DNA of 64,000 nucleotides from a virus, in the IMG/VR virus record IMGVR_UViG_3300006224_000007, positions 13,151 through 77,150 of that record. The stretch is one strand, 5' to 3'. Position 1 is the first letter of the stretch. Each line of letters starts with the position of its first letter. A program made the translations under genes and the position numbers. Under the pieces are notes generated by a model. The model worked only from the letters and a program-made list of their open reading frames with translations. It ran no database searches and was not told the DNA's origin. Of this stretch, positions 17,731-26,096 are shown piece by piece.

Positions 17731-18801
17731 ATGGCCTACCCTCATATGACAGAACAGGAGAAGGAATTGGCGATACAGAAAACGATTGAAGATGTAAATA
17801 AGAAATATGGTAAGGGCGCTTTGGTAAGAGGCGCAGATGCCAGAGGTCTTAAAATAAATAGACTTAAAACTGGTTCCATAGCCCTTGATGTAGCGACTGG
17901 TGGTGGCTGGGCTTGGGGAAAATTAAATGAGATTTTTGGTCCTTATTCTGGTGGCAAATCCTATGTCTCCCAGCTTACTATGGCACAAACACAAAAAGAT
18001 TTCCCCAGTTCTAATGTAGCTCTCATTGATTTTGAGGGAGCATTTGACTCAGATTGGGCTAACAAAATTGGAGTTGATGTAGATAATCTTCTTATAAATT
18101 CTCCAGAGTTTATGGAAGATGGTCTTCAAATTGCTGTTGACCTTATTCATAGTGAAGATTGCGCTCTTATTGTAGTAGATTCCTTAGCTGCTGCTTGTCC
18201 TAAAGCAGAATATGATGGAGATATTTCTGAATTCACAGTAGGACTAAGAGCTAGACTAGGTAATAAATTTGTGCGTAAAAGTAGGTCTAAAACTAATCTT
18301 CTTGATGATGAATTAGATTTAGGGCAAACAACAATCTTGATTGTAAATCAAACTTACATGAAAATTGGAGGTTATGGCGACCCTGAAGTTACTCCAGGTG
18401 GAGAACAAGTTAAATTTGGTGCCATGATTAGAGTAAAAATTCGTAAAGGTGAGGTTATTAATAACACTCAAGATGGTACTCAAATTATGCAGGAGAGCAG
18501 ATTCTCGGTTGTAAAAAATAAAACGTTTCCCCCTCATAAAGCAGGAGCATTTTGGTTTTCTACCCAAGATAATCCTAAAGGTAAAGCTGGAGAAATTTAT
18601 CGCGCGGGAGAGATTATTACTTATGGTGTACTTACTGGCGTAATTAATAGGTCTGGTGCATGGTATAGTCTTCCTGAAGAATTTGGATTAGAAAAATCTC
18701 TACAAGGTGAAGCTGCTGTAGCAGATTGGGTAGCTGAAAATCCAGATAAATATCCTAGACTTGAAGAACTTGTAATGAAAGAAATTTTAATAAAGGAGTA
18801 A
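17731..18801 (+). CDS. recA: RecA-like recombinase
   Basis: TGSIALD.ATGGG, GPYSGGKS, DFEGAFD, VVDSLAA, NQ, PGG..VKF, KNK, SGAWY. Confidence 0.93.
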   Translation: MAYPHMTEQEKELAIQKTIEDVNKKYGKGALVRGADARGLKINRLKTGSIALDVATGGGWAWGKLNEIFGPYSGGKSYVSQLTMAQTQKDFPSSNVALIDFEGAFDSDWANKIGVDVDNLLINSPEFMEDGLQIAVDLIHSEDCALIVVDSLAAACPKAEYDGDISEFTVGLRARLGNKFVRKSRSKTNLLDDELDLGQTTILIVNQTYMKIGGYGDPEVTPGGEQVKFGAMIRVKIRKGEVINNTQDGTQIMQESRFSVVKNKTFPPHKAGAFWFSTQDNPKGKAGEIYRAGEIITYGVLTGVINRSGAWYSLPEEFGLEKSLQGEAAVADWVAENPDKYPRLEELVMKEILIKE

Positions 18802-18804
18802 AAA

Positions 18805-19050
18805 ATGTCTGTACAGGAAAAATTAAAAAGCGCAGAAGAAAGTAAATATGTAAGAGCATTTAGGTTTGGTACTTTGCTTGATTATATGTTCCTTATCTTC
18901 ATGACCTTAAAACTAGTTGGAGTTATTGATTGGAGTTGGTGGTGGGTTACTGCTCCATTATGGATGCCAATAGCTTTATTAGCTGCTATCTTTTCCCTTG
19001 CTGGTATTCTTTATTTGATAGCAAAGGGATTAGAGAAAAAAGTTGTCTAG
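18805..19050 (+). CDS. small membrane protein
   Basis: LKLVGVIDWSWWWVTAPLW; two hydrophobic segments. Confidence 0.65.
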   Translation: MSVQEKLKSAEESKYVRAFRFGTLLDYMFLIFMTLKLVGVIDWSWWWVTAPLWMPIALLAAIFSLAGILYLIAKGLEKKVV

Positions 19051-19411
19051 TCGTAAATCAAGAAAGTTAGAAGAGAAAACTGCCAAAGATTTTATTGGAG
19101 GAAAAGTGCAAATCGCATCGGGCGCACTTCCATTTTGGAAACAAGATGTTTCTGCCGATAATTTTCTTATAGAACATAAATATACTGAGCCTTATACCAA
19201 AGGTTATGTTCTTAAAAAATCCTACTTTAAAAGCGTCATTGACGAAGCCTTTAAGCTAGGTAAATTACCTATGATGGTAATAGAGTTTACAGGTAAACCT
19301 GAGCTAAGAGTAGCTGTAATAAGATATGAAGATGCCTTGGCTCTTGACAGACTTCTAAAGCTAGAAGAAGAATATTATCATGATGGAATAGAAAAAGATT
19401 TAAATACATAA
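19043..19411 (+). CDS. PD-(D/E)xK nuclease, Holliday junction resolvase-like
   Basis: E...A....G....SGA....DV....IEHK. Confidence 0.65.
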   Translation: MSSRKSRKLEEKTAKDFIGGKVQIASGALPFWKQDVSADNFLIEHKYTEPYTKGYVLKKSYFKSVIDEAFKLGKLPMMVIEFTGKPELRVAVIRYEDALALDRLLKLEEEYYHDGIEKDLNT

Positions 19412-19419
19412 GGAGACAA

Positions 19420-20373
19420 ATGGCGCAAAATTTAAAGGAGCTTGTAAAGAAGAATAAAAAGTATGTTCGTGAAGACATAAATCTTAATGAACTCATAGAT
19501 AAATTTTTACTTTCAGAGCAGAATAGAAAGTCAGAATATTTTATTCCTGCATTTCATCCCTCTCTTATCTCTAAGGGAGTAGAGTGTCAAATCTGGTGGT
19601 ACTATTTCCTTAAAAATCAAGAGTCTCTTCCTGAAGAATGGTCTGATGAAAATCTCACAGCTATGGCAGTTGGGAAAGCTATTCATAATGAAACTCAGCA
19701 CATTCTTTATAGGATGGGAATTCTTGAGGGAGTATATAAATGTATCTCCTGTGGTCATAAATTTTGGGCAACTTCACCCAAAGACCAATGCCCTAATTGT
19801 AGCCAGTTTTTCAAGAATTGGAGCTATCTAGAATTTAAAGAAGTTCCTATTCATACAGGATTGATAAGAGGTCATGCTGATGGTTTTATTAATCAACAAG
19901 GAACCAGATTTTTGCTTGAGTTGAAATCTATAAAGAATGTTGATAGACCTAATGCTAATTATGGGTTTGAAAAACTTATCAATAGACCATTAGATGACCA
20001 TTTCATACAGACTCAGCTTTATTTGTATGGTTGGTATGAACTAGCTAAAAAAGCTCCCCTTGAAGAAGAATTTATTTTAGATGAAAATAATAGAATTTCT
20101 ACAGAAAAACTTGATGGGCCAGTTTATGAAGGTGCTAAGATAATTGGTGTTATAAATCAAGGTCTTGTAGAATATATAGCAAAAAATTCTTCTGAGAAAA
20201 AATCATTTCTTATCAAACGTAGTACAGCCGCCATACAATTCCTTCTTGATGAAATGCAGTTAATATGGAAAGCTTATTTAGAAGACTCTCTTGACGATTT
20301 AAAAGGAATAGTGTATACTGATAAAGGCAAATGTAAAAAATGCCAATATAGGAGTGTATGTAGTTGGACATAA
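19420..20373 (+). CDS. Cas4/AddB-like PD-(D/E)xK exonuclease
   Basis: HPS...C, GKAIH, GHADG, ELKS, QTQLY, C-terminal CKKCQYRSVC; internal Zn ribbon. Confidence 0.75.
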   Translation: MAQNLKELVKKNKKYVREDINLNELIDKFLLSEQNRKSEYFIPAFHPSLISKGVECQIWWYYFLKNQESLPEEWSDENLTAMAVGKAIHNETQHILYRMGILEGVYKCISCGHKFWATSPKDQCPNCSQFFKNWSYLEFKEVPIHTGLIRGHADGFINQQGTRFLLELKSIKNVDRPNANYGFEKLINRPLDDHFIQTQLYLYGWYELAKKAPLEEEFILDENNRISTEKLDGPVYEGAKIIGVINQGLVEYIAKNSSEKKSFLIKRSTAAIQFLLDEMQLIWKAYLEDSLDDLKGIVYTDKGKCKKCQYRSVCSWT

Positions 20374-20696
20374 AGTTTTATGGTGAGCTATCAGACCCAT
20401 CTGAGTTTTCTAAGGAACTGTTAGAAGAGTTTCTTAATACTGGCTATGCTATAGAACAGAAGATAAATGGAATAACCTATATACGAATGACTGACCTTTA
20501 TTATGAGGATTTAGGAGAGTATATAATTAAGCATCCTAGAGAGCTTTGTAGAGACTACTGGAATAGATTAGTTGAAGGTATAATATATCATGACCCAGTA
20601 TACTTTGTTAAGAAACTATGTGAAACTCATACTACTATTAAAAAACTTACACACAATAAAGTAGATTTTTGTGAGATGATAGGAGAGGAATTATGA
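20364..20696 (+). CDS. hypothetical protein
   Basis: ORF with AGGAG RBS. Confidence 0.5.
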   Translation: MDIKFYGELSDPSEFSKELLEEFLNTGYAIEQKINGITYIRMTDLYYEDLGEYIIKHPRELCRDYWNRLVEGIIYHDPVYFVKKLCETHTTIKKLTHNKVDFCEMIGEEL

Positions 20697-21175
20697 TGGA
20701 GTTTAGGGCTGATGCTGAAATACTAACTGAAAGTGTTAGAGACGAACTAAGAAAAAAGGGTTTTGTATATCCAACAGAGGAAGTTGTAGGAGCTATTTCT
20801 GAAGAAGATAAAACTTTCCCTACAGAAGTATCTGATTTACCTCAAGAAATTTTGCTAGATAAATTAGCTACTTTTACTACTCTTTATGCTGCCGCTGCTA
20901 TGGGTGAAGCTAAATACGCAGTTGAAGTAAATATTCTTGAAAGAGACTTAGAATTCAGTAAGGCGGCAGCTTCTCATTCCAGTACAGCAACCAAAGTTAC
21001 TGATAAACGGCAAGAGGTTGCAATTAATGAAAAAGTTGTACGGCTACAGGAAAAAATAAGTATTGCCGAAACTTATCTAAAGACCTATACAGTACTAAGA
21101 ACTAACTATGAGAAATTCTGTTTCATGCTAAGTCGAGCTTTAACAGTTCGTGGAGAGGAATCTAGATTGCAATAA
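20693..21175 (+). CDS. helical hypothetical protein (possible UvsY-like recombination mediator)
   Basis: coiled-coil character, C-terminal LSRALT.R, located in the recombination cluster. Confidence 0.4.
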   Translation: MMEFRADAEILTESVRDELRKKGFVYPTEEVVGAISEEDKTFPTEVSDLPQEILLDKLATFTTLYAAAAMGEAKYAVEVNILERDLEFSKAAASHSSTATKVTDKRQEVAINEKVVRLQEKISIAETYLKTYTVLRTNYEKFCFMLSRALTVRGEESRLQ

Positions 21176-21531
21176 TGGCAAAAGTGTCTCAACAATGGAA
21201 AGCATTAGAAAAAACTGCGGCACGAAAACTAGGTGGCGAACGTCTAGTAAGGGGTGACGATTTTTCTCAGTCAATTCTTGATGTTGAGCATGACTTTCTG
21301 GCGATAGATTGCAAGTGGCGCACTACTCTAGCAGTATGGACTTGGTTTCAAAAGCTAGTTAATGATAATGCAAAAATATACGGAAAAGGAAAGAAGGTGC
21401 CAATATTAGTTATAAAGAAAAAGGGAATGAGAAGCGAGCTTGTTGTCATAGAAATTGACGACTTTATTAAAGTAGTAAATGGCGAATATTATATCGAACC
21501 AAAGGAGATAGAAAATGGCGAAGAAAACTGA
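21175..21531 (+). CDS. second PD-(D/E)xK resolvase-like nuclease
   Basis: WKALEK.AA..LGG.R...DV....IDCK. Confidence 0.6.
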   Translation: MAKVSQQWKALEKTAARKLGGERLVRGDDFSQSILDVEHDFLAIDCKWRTTLAVWTWFQKLVNDNAKIYGKGKKVPILVIKKKGMRSELVVIEIDDFIKVVNGEYYIEPKEIENGEEN

Positions 21532-21829
21532 AGATACACTAGAAACTCTTAAAGTTGCTGGTTCTACTAATCCCTCTAGTCTAGCTGGAGCAATTGTTAA
21601 GATTGTTAATAAAAATGCAGATTGTGAGCTTATTACTATTGGTGCTGGTCCTTGTAATCAGGCTATGAAAGCCGTCGCTATTGCGAATAGATTGCTTGGT
21701 TCTAGTGGTATGTCTCTTTCTGTAAAGCCCTGCTTCTATACTCTTGACCTTTCTAATGAAAGACAGGAAGGAAAAGAAGGTAAATCAGAAGTTACGGCTC
21801 TTAAATTCAAAATTATAGTTGAGAGGTAA
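21515..21829 (+). CDS. spoVS: SpoVS (Alba-fold) protein
   Basis: LKVAGSTNPSSLAGAI, IGAGPCNQAMKAVAIA, P.F, TALKF. Confidence 0.88.
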   Translation: MAKKTEDTLETLKVAGSTNPSSLAGAIVKIVNKNADCELITIGAGPCNQAMKAVAIANRLLGSSGMSLSVKPCFYTLDLSNERQEGKEGKSEVTALKFKIIVER

Positions 21830-21832
21830 AAA

Positions 21833-22129
21833 ATGGGAACTAAAATTTCAGTATCAGTAGATACTAAACTAGAAAAATATCCCAAAGCTACAGCTACTTT
21901 TGATGGCACAAACACGCCTAGATTTTGGCATGACCCAGTTCTTAGAAAAAGTTTGGCTGATGCTATAAATTTAGCTGGTGATAATAAGGATATTTTTGAC
22001 TATTGTAACTTCCTATTTTCCCATGTAAACAACGCTATTAGACGGCGTTATGGAGGACAAGAATTACAGCTTGAATCTGTTACTGTTATTGGTCAGTTTG
22101 GTGATAATTCTATTACGTCCTATCAATAA
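21833..22129 (+). CDS. hypothetical protein
   Basis: GAGG RBS. Confidence 0.5.
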   Translation: MGTKISVSVDTKLEKYPKATATFDGTNTPRFWHDPVLRKSLADAINLAGDNKDIFDYCNFLFSHVNNAIRRRYGGQELQLESVTVIGQFGDNSITSYQ

Positions 22130-22339
22130 ATGGGAGTAAAAGTTAAAATACTAGAGCGGGATTTTGCTACCGGCACTCCTAATATATACTACAAGATTTT
22201 TCCTGAAGCCGATAAATTTGATATACTTATGAATGCAGAGCATGAACAGACACACTTGAAAATAATGAGTGCTGATGCTATAATAGCATTCTTCCCCTCT
22301 GGTGGTTGGTTAAGTGCGGAAATAATAAAGGAGAAATAA
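22130..22339 (+). CDS. hypothetical protein
   Basis: abutting ORF. Confidence 0.45.
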   Translation: MGVKVKILERDFATGTPNIYYKIFPEADKFDILMNAEHEQTHLKIMSADAIIAFFPSGGWLSAEIIKEK

Positions 22340-22773
22340 TGCCTAAGTTAACTAATGAAGACCTTTTGAAAAATTTAGATTTTACTTGCGCCCGTTGTCA
22401 AGCAGAGTGTACTAAGATAAATGCGGCTGAACCTGAACATGGATATATTTCTAAGGTAGATGGTTCCTTTGTTGGTCCTATTTGTAGTAACTGTTTAAAT
22501 CAAATCCCTGAGCCAGAAAGACAGACTAGAAATCCATTTCCTGAAACAGCTTTTCTTATTGTAATAAGACCCAATGGTGAGGGTGCTTTTATGACAACAG
22601 AAGGTGTTGGTTTAACCTATTTAAGAGAGCCTACTTTTCTTGATGTTATGCAAGGTTGCGAAAGAGTAAAGAAAGATGTAGAGGAATCTATTTTTGCTCA
22701 GAAGTTAACCAATCAAATCATGCATGTAGTGGCTGCAAGCCAGAAAGCACCCAAAATAATGGTTCCAAGATAA
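22306..22773 (+). CDS. Zn-binding hypothetical protein
   Basis: CARC...CSNC; probable start ATG 22339. Confidence 0.5.
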   Translation: MVKCGNNKGEIMPKLTNEDLLKNLDFTCARCQAECTKINAAEPEHGYISKVDGSFVGPICSNCLNQIPEPERQTRNPFPETAFLIVIRPNGEGAFMTTEGVGLTYLREPTFLDVMQGCERVKKDVEESIFAQKLTNQIMHVVAASQKAPKIMVPR

Positions 22774-22783
22774 GGAGGTTTGT

Positions 22784-23086
22784 TTGAACATACCAAAACA
22801 GGTTAAAGCCTTTGGTAGAGTATATAAAATTATTAGAGACACTGATACAACAAATAAAATGGAGTGTTGGGGATATCTTGATGCTATGACAGATACCATT
22901 GTGCTTAGAAAAAGAAGCTGCGAGTTTACTCCTGGGCATGAAAAACAAGTTTTTTTTCATGAGTTAATGCATGTTGTTGATAGTAATTTTCATATAGGAC
23001 TGACGGAAGAACAGATACAAACTATGAGTGTTGGAATAACAACAATTATAGAAGATAATAAGCTGGATTTTACAAATGGAACCTAA
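22784..23086 (+). CDS. small HEXXH metallopeptidase-like protein
   Basis: FFHELMH...E; AAGGAGG RBS. Confidence 0.6.
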   Translation: MNIPKQVKAFGRVYKIIRDTDTTNKMECWGYLDAMTDTIVLRKRSCEFTPGHEKQVFFHELMHVVDSNFHIGLTEEQIQTMSVGITTIIEDNKLDFTNGT

Positions 23087-23318
23087 CGAATTACAACATT
23101 TATATACTATACAAGAAGGCTTAGAAAAACATTTTAGTCCTGTCTTTGTTGACTCCTGGAATGACGATGAGACTATAGTATTTAAGTGTGGAATAGATTG
23201 TGGCTTATATAAACCTACTATATGGTTATCTTTTCCTTTTTATACTGAGAGTGTTTTAACTTCAAATCCATATGATGTTGTTAATGCAATATGGGAGTAT
23301 ATTGTAGAGTATATGTAA
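23076..23318 (+). CDS. hypothetical protein
   Basis: coupled ORF. Confidence 0.45.
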   Translation: MEPNELQHLYTIQEGLEKHFSPVFVDSWNDDETIVFKCGIDCGLYKPTIWLSFPFYTESVLTSNPYDVVNAIWEYIVEYM

Positions 23319-23998
23319 TGAAAATTTATCTTGATGGTGTAGAATATAAGGCTTATAGAGAAATAATGGAAAGCCTTGATGTTCGATATGGGTGTCTCAA
23401 TTATGAGTATATCTGGTCTAGAACACCAAGATTTTCTTTGGAAGAGGCTTGTGAGTTTCTTGATGAGGTACTAATAAATCCAGGAAATTTACTACCAATG
23501 CATGTTGAAGAGTATGTTGAATATTTGAATTCTCATGCTTCAATTATTACAGTAGCCATAGAACTATACACTGAAGATAGATTTATGTTAGATACGGAAT
23601 GTTTAGTTGATATTATTCCGTGGCATTATAATCTTACATTAACTCCTAGAGCAGCAGTAGCAAATTTATCTGCTCCATTTGTGAAACAGGCTCTTAAAAA
23701 ATTAAACGAACAAGGAACAAAAGTTCATGGTGTTAACTGTGAACTTCCTTTTTTCGATAGTATGAATAGTGGAACATGGATGCGAGGCACAGCAGGATGG
23801 ATTTCTGATTTCTCTAGAAAAAATAGAATAGAGATGCATACAAGAGATACAAGTTCTGCTATTGCTAGAAAACTTCTTTTAGAAGGATATAACTTAGATT
23901 TAAATAAGATTAAACGTGGTGACTGGAAAGCGATAGCTAAAATGAATTGTGCTTCATGGAAAAAATACCAGGATTATATGGAGGACAAATGCCAATGA
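23318..23998 (+). CDS. divergent TGT/DpdA-like TIM-barrel protein (tentative)
   Basis: MKIYLDG start and KVHG...PFFDSMNSGTW resemble the HxxG...SxDSxxW tail of phage TGT-like proteins. Confidence 0.4.
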   Translation: MKIYLDGVEYKAYREIMESLDVRYGCLNYEYIWSRTPRFSLEEACEFLDEVLINPGNLLPMHVEEYVEYLNSHASIITVAIELYTEDRFMLDTECLVDIIPWHYNLTLTPRAAVANLSAPFVKQALKKLNEQGTKVHGVNCELPFFDSMNSGTWMRGTAGWISDFSRKNRIEMHTRDTSSAIARKLLLEGYNLDLNKIKRGDWKAIAKMNCASWKKYQDYMEDKCQ

Positions 23999-24268
23999 CA
24001 ACTCCAGGGAGGTTTCTTACGGTTTGTCCAGACCCTCCAACAAAATATGTTAAAGATAAAGATGGTTATCGTGGTAGAACAGAAGTTCTCACTTGTAAAA
24101 CTAAATGCCCTGGTTGTCCTTATCCAAAATGGTTTGCTAAAAGCCAAAATTATATGGAGGAAAAATGAAAACTACTTGCGCTCAATGTGAATATTTTAAA
24201 ACTAATGGTTGCAAAAATGTTTCTGGTGGTGATGGAGCTTGTGCAGCCTTTAAACAAGCGGAGAATAA

Positions 24269-24718
24269 ATGATAGAAGATGGAAAAATAAGTCCAGAAGA
24301 AGTAGAGATACTATCTGATGAAGTAGAAATTTGGCGACCAGGAAAGCCTACTATCAGCTTTCTGCGCTGTAGAACGTGCTACTTGAGGAAAGAATGCCCT
24401 TATTGCGATGTAAACAGCGAAGTGTGCGCCTTAAAAGCCCTTGAAGACGTTGACACTACGACAGGAGAAGGTATAATAAGTATCGTGCAACAGCTTCTCA
24501 AGATTCAAGCGGAGCGAGTTTTCCGTTTTGTTAAAATTGAAGAGGCTGAAGGTGGTATGCCTGACCCTAATGTTACTAATGAGCTTATGATATTTGTTTC
24601 TCTTGTAGAAAAACTCAAAAGAATATTAAGTGATGATGACTTCTTAGTAATAAGAGCTAAAGGTAAAGCTTCTGAGGGTATATTAGCAAGGCTCTTTGGA
24701 GATATAGGAAAGGATTAA
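24269..24718 (+). CDS. Cys-rich plus helical conserved phage protein
   Basis: CRTC....CP......C, EE.EGG.PDPNV, GIL..LFG. Confidence 0.55.
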   Translation: MIEDGKISPEEVEILSDEVEIWRPGKPTISFLRCRTCYLRKECPYCDVNSEVCALKALEDVDTTTGEGIISIVQQLLKIQAERVFRFVKIEEAEGGMPDPNVTNELMIFVSLVEKLKRILSDDDFLVIRAKGKASEGILARLFGDIGKD

Positions 24719-24720
24719 TA

Positions 24721-24981
24721 ATGAAACTTCCGTTTATTGATAACAGAGGATTTGAACGTTTGCCTGGAGATAAGGCTGCTTGTAGTGGTGCTTTTAGAAG
24801 AGCCGAAATAGATGCTCTTTTAGAAAAGAAAGAAAGCAAAGTACTAGGAACAGCAGCTAGGTTTCTTCAAGTACCTCAAACTGAAATCACTCAGATAATT
24901 CCTATGTCTACCAATGTTGTTAGTATTATTTTCATGGAAAAATTTCCTGATTTGTATGAATATGGAGACGATGATGATTAG
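24721..24981 (+). CDS. hypothetical protein
   Basis: AAAGGA RBS. Confidence 0.45.
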   Translation: MKLPFIDNRGFERLPGDKAACSGAFRRAEIDALLEKKESKVLGTAARFLQVPQTEITQIIPMSTNVVSIIFMEKFPDLYEYGDDDD

Positions 24982-25177
24982 GACGCTTCCTTCTTATGCA
25001 AGGTGTAAAGAAATTACTTCTGCTACAGAGGCTAAGAATTTTTTTGAAGAGTGGTTTGAAACCAAGGACCATCCAAAAGCAGAAGTATTGTTTAGACTTG
25101 CTTGGGAGCATGGTCATGCAAATGGTGTTTATGAAGTAGCAATCTATTATGATGATTTTATGGAGTTGATTATATGA
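24914..25177 (+). CDS. conserved phage hypothetical protein
   Basis: HPKA..LF.LAWEHGHANG..EV. Confidence 0.5.
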   Translation: MLLVLFSWKNFLICMNMETMMIRTLPSYARCKEITSATEAKNFFEEWFETKDHPKAEVLFRLAWEHGHANGVYEVAIYYDDFMELII

Positions 25178-25848
25178 AATTAGTCATTGGGTGTCCTGTT
25201 TATGAAAGAGAATGGAGTCTTCCTAGATGGTTTCAATGTATATTTAATCAGAAGATGCCGCCTAAAAATATTGATTTAGTATTTGCTTATACAGAAGGAG
25301 CGGATAATACTCTTGAGGTCATTAATAAATATGGCGAAAAGTTTAATAGTCTTAACATCATTGATTGTAATGATTTACCCGCATTTGGTGATAGGGATTC
25401 TAAAAGGTTTTATTCGCTTGTTATCCTTCGTAATAGAATCCTTGAAAAACTCAGAGAATTACAACCAGACTACTTCTTTTCTTATGATAGCGATATTATC
25501 ATTCCTGAAGAAACACTTAAAGGACTCATTAAAGACAAGAAAGATATAGTTGGTCCTTGGATAGACTTAGTGCCGCCCAGTGGAATTCCTAACTGTGTAA
25601 CTAAAATAGGAGAAGGTTTTCGTAGAAGAAAACCTTATGCACAATTCTATCCTCAAGCTGGATTGTATGAAGTATCCTCAGTATTTGCAGTTTCGTTAAT
25701 GATACCTGATGTGTTTAATACTTGTACTTACAAATGGCATTCAGGTGGTGAAGATTATGGCTTTGCTGAAGAAGTAATTAATGCTGGTTTTCATTCCTGG
25801 GTAGACGCTAATTTTATTGCTACACATCTTTATAAGAAGGATATATAA
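25174..25848 (+). CDS. GT-A (family 2) glycosyltransferase
   Basis: IGCPVYER, LRN, YDSD (DxD), GEDYGF, C-terminal H. Confidence 0.8.
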   Translation: MKLVIGCPVYEREWSLPRWFQCIFNQKMPPKNIDLVFAYTEGADNTLEVINKYGEKFNSLNIIDCNDLPAFGDRDSKRFYSLVILRNRILEKLRELQPDYFFSYDSDIIIPEETLKGLIKDKKDIVGPWIDLVPPSGIPNCVTKIGEGFRRRKPYAQFYPQAGLYEVSSVFAVSLMIPDVFNTCTYKWHSGGEDYGFAEEVINAGFHSWVDANFIATHLYKKDI

Positions 25849-26096
25849 TGCAAATTTGCATAATGTGTGGTAGTTCAACTGAAGGTAGTATGGATGGTCC
25901 TTTTATTTGTGGTCATTGTGATTGTGGTATAAGACCAGATGGAGAAAAGTTTACTGTGGATGATGCTAGAAATTATTATATAAGGGTAAGAGAATGGAGA
26001 CAGATGATACAAGAAATTCTTCCTAATGGCGATAGTTTTGATGTTGCCACTATGAAATTTTATAAAGAGAAAGGTTCTATTTTCAATGCCACATAA
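25848..26096 (+). CDS. Zn-finger hypothetical protein
   Basis: CIMC...CGHC. Confidence 0.45.
   Translation: MQICIMCGSSTEGSMDGPFICGHCDCGIRPDGEKFTVDDARNYYIRVREWRQMIQEILPNGDSFDVATMKFYKEKGSIFNAT

Noticed and set aside
19420-20373. Cas4-like gene as part of a CRISPR-Cas system
   Set aside because: No cas1, cas2 or array is present; stand-alone Cas4-like exonucleases are common in phage recombination modules.
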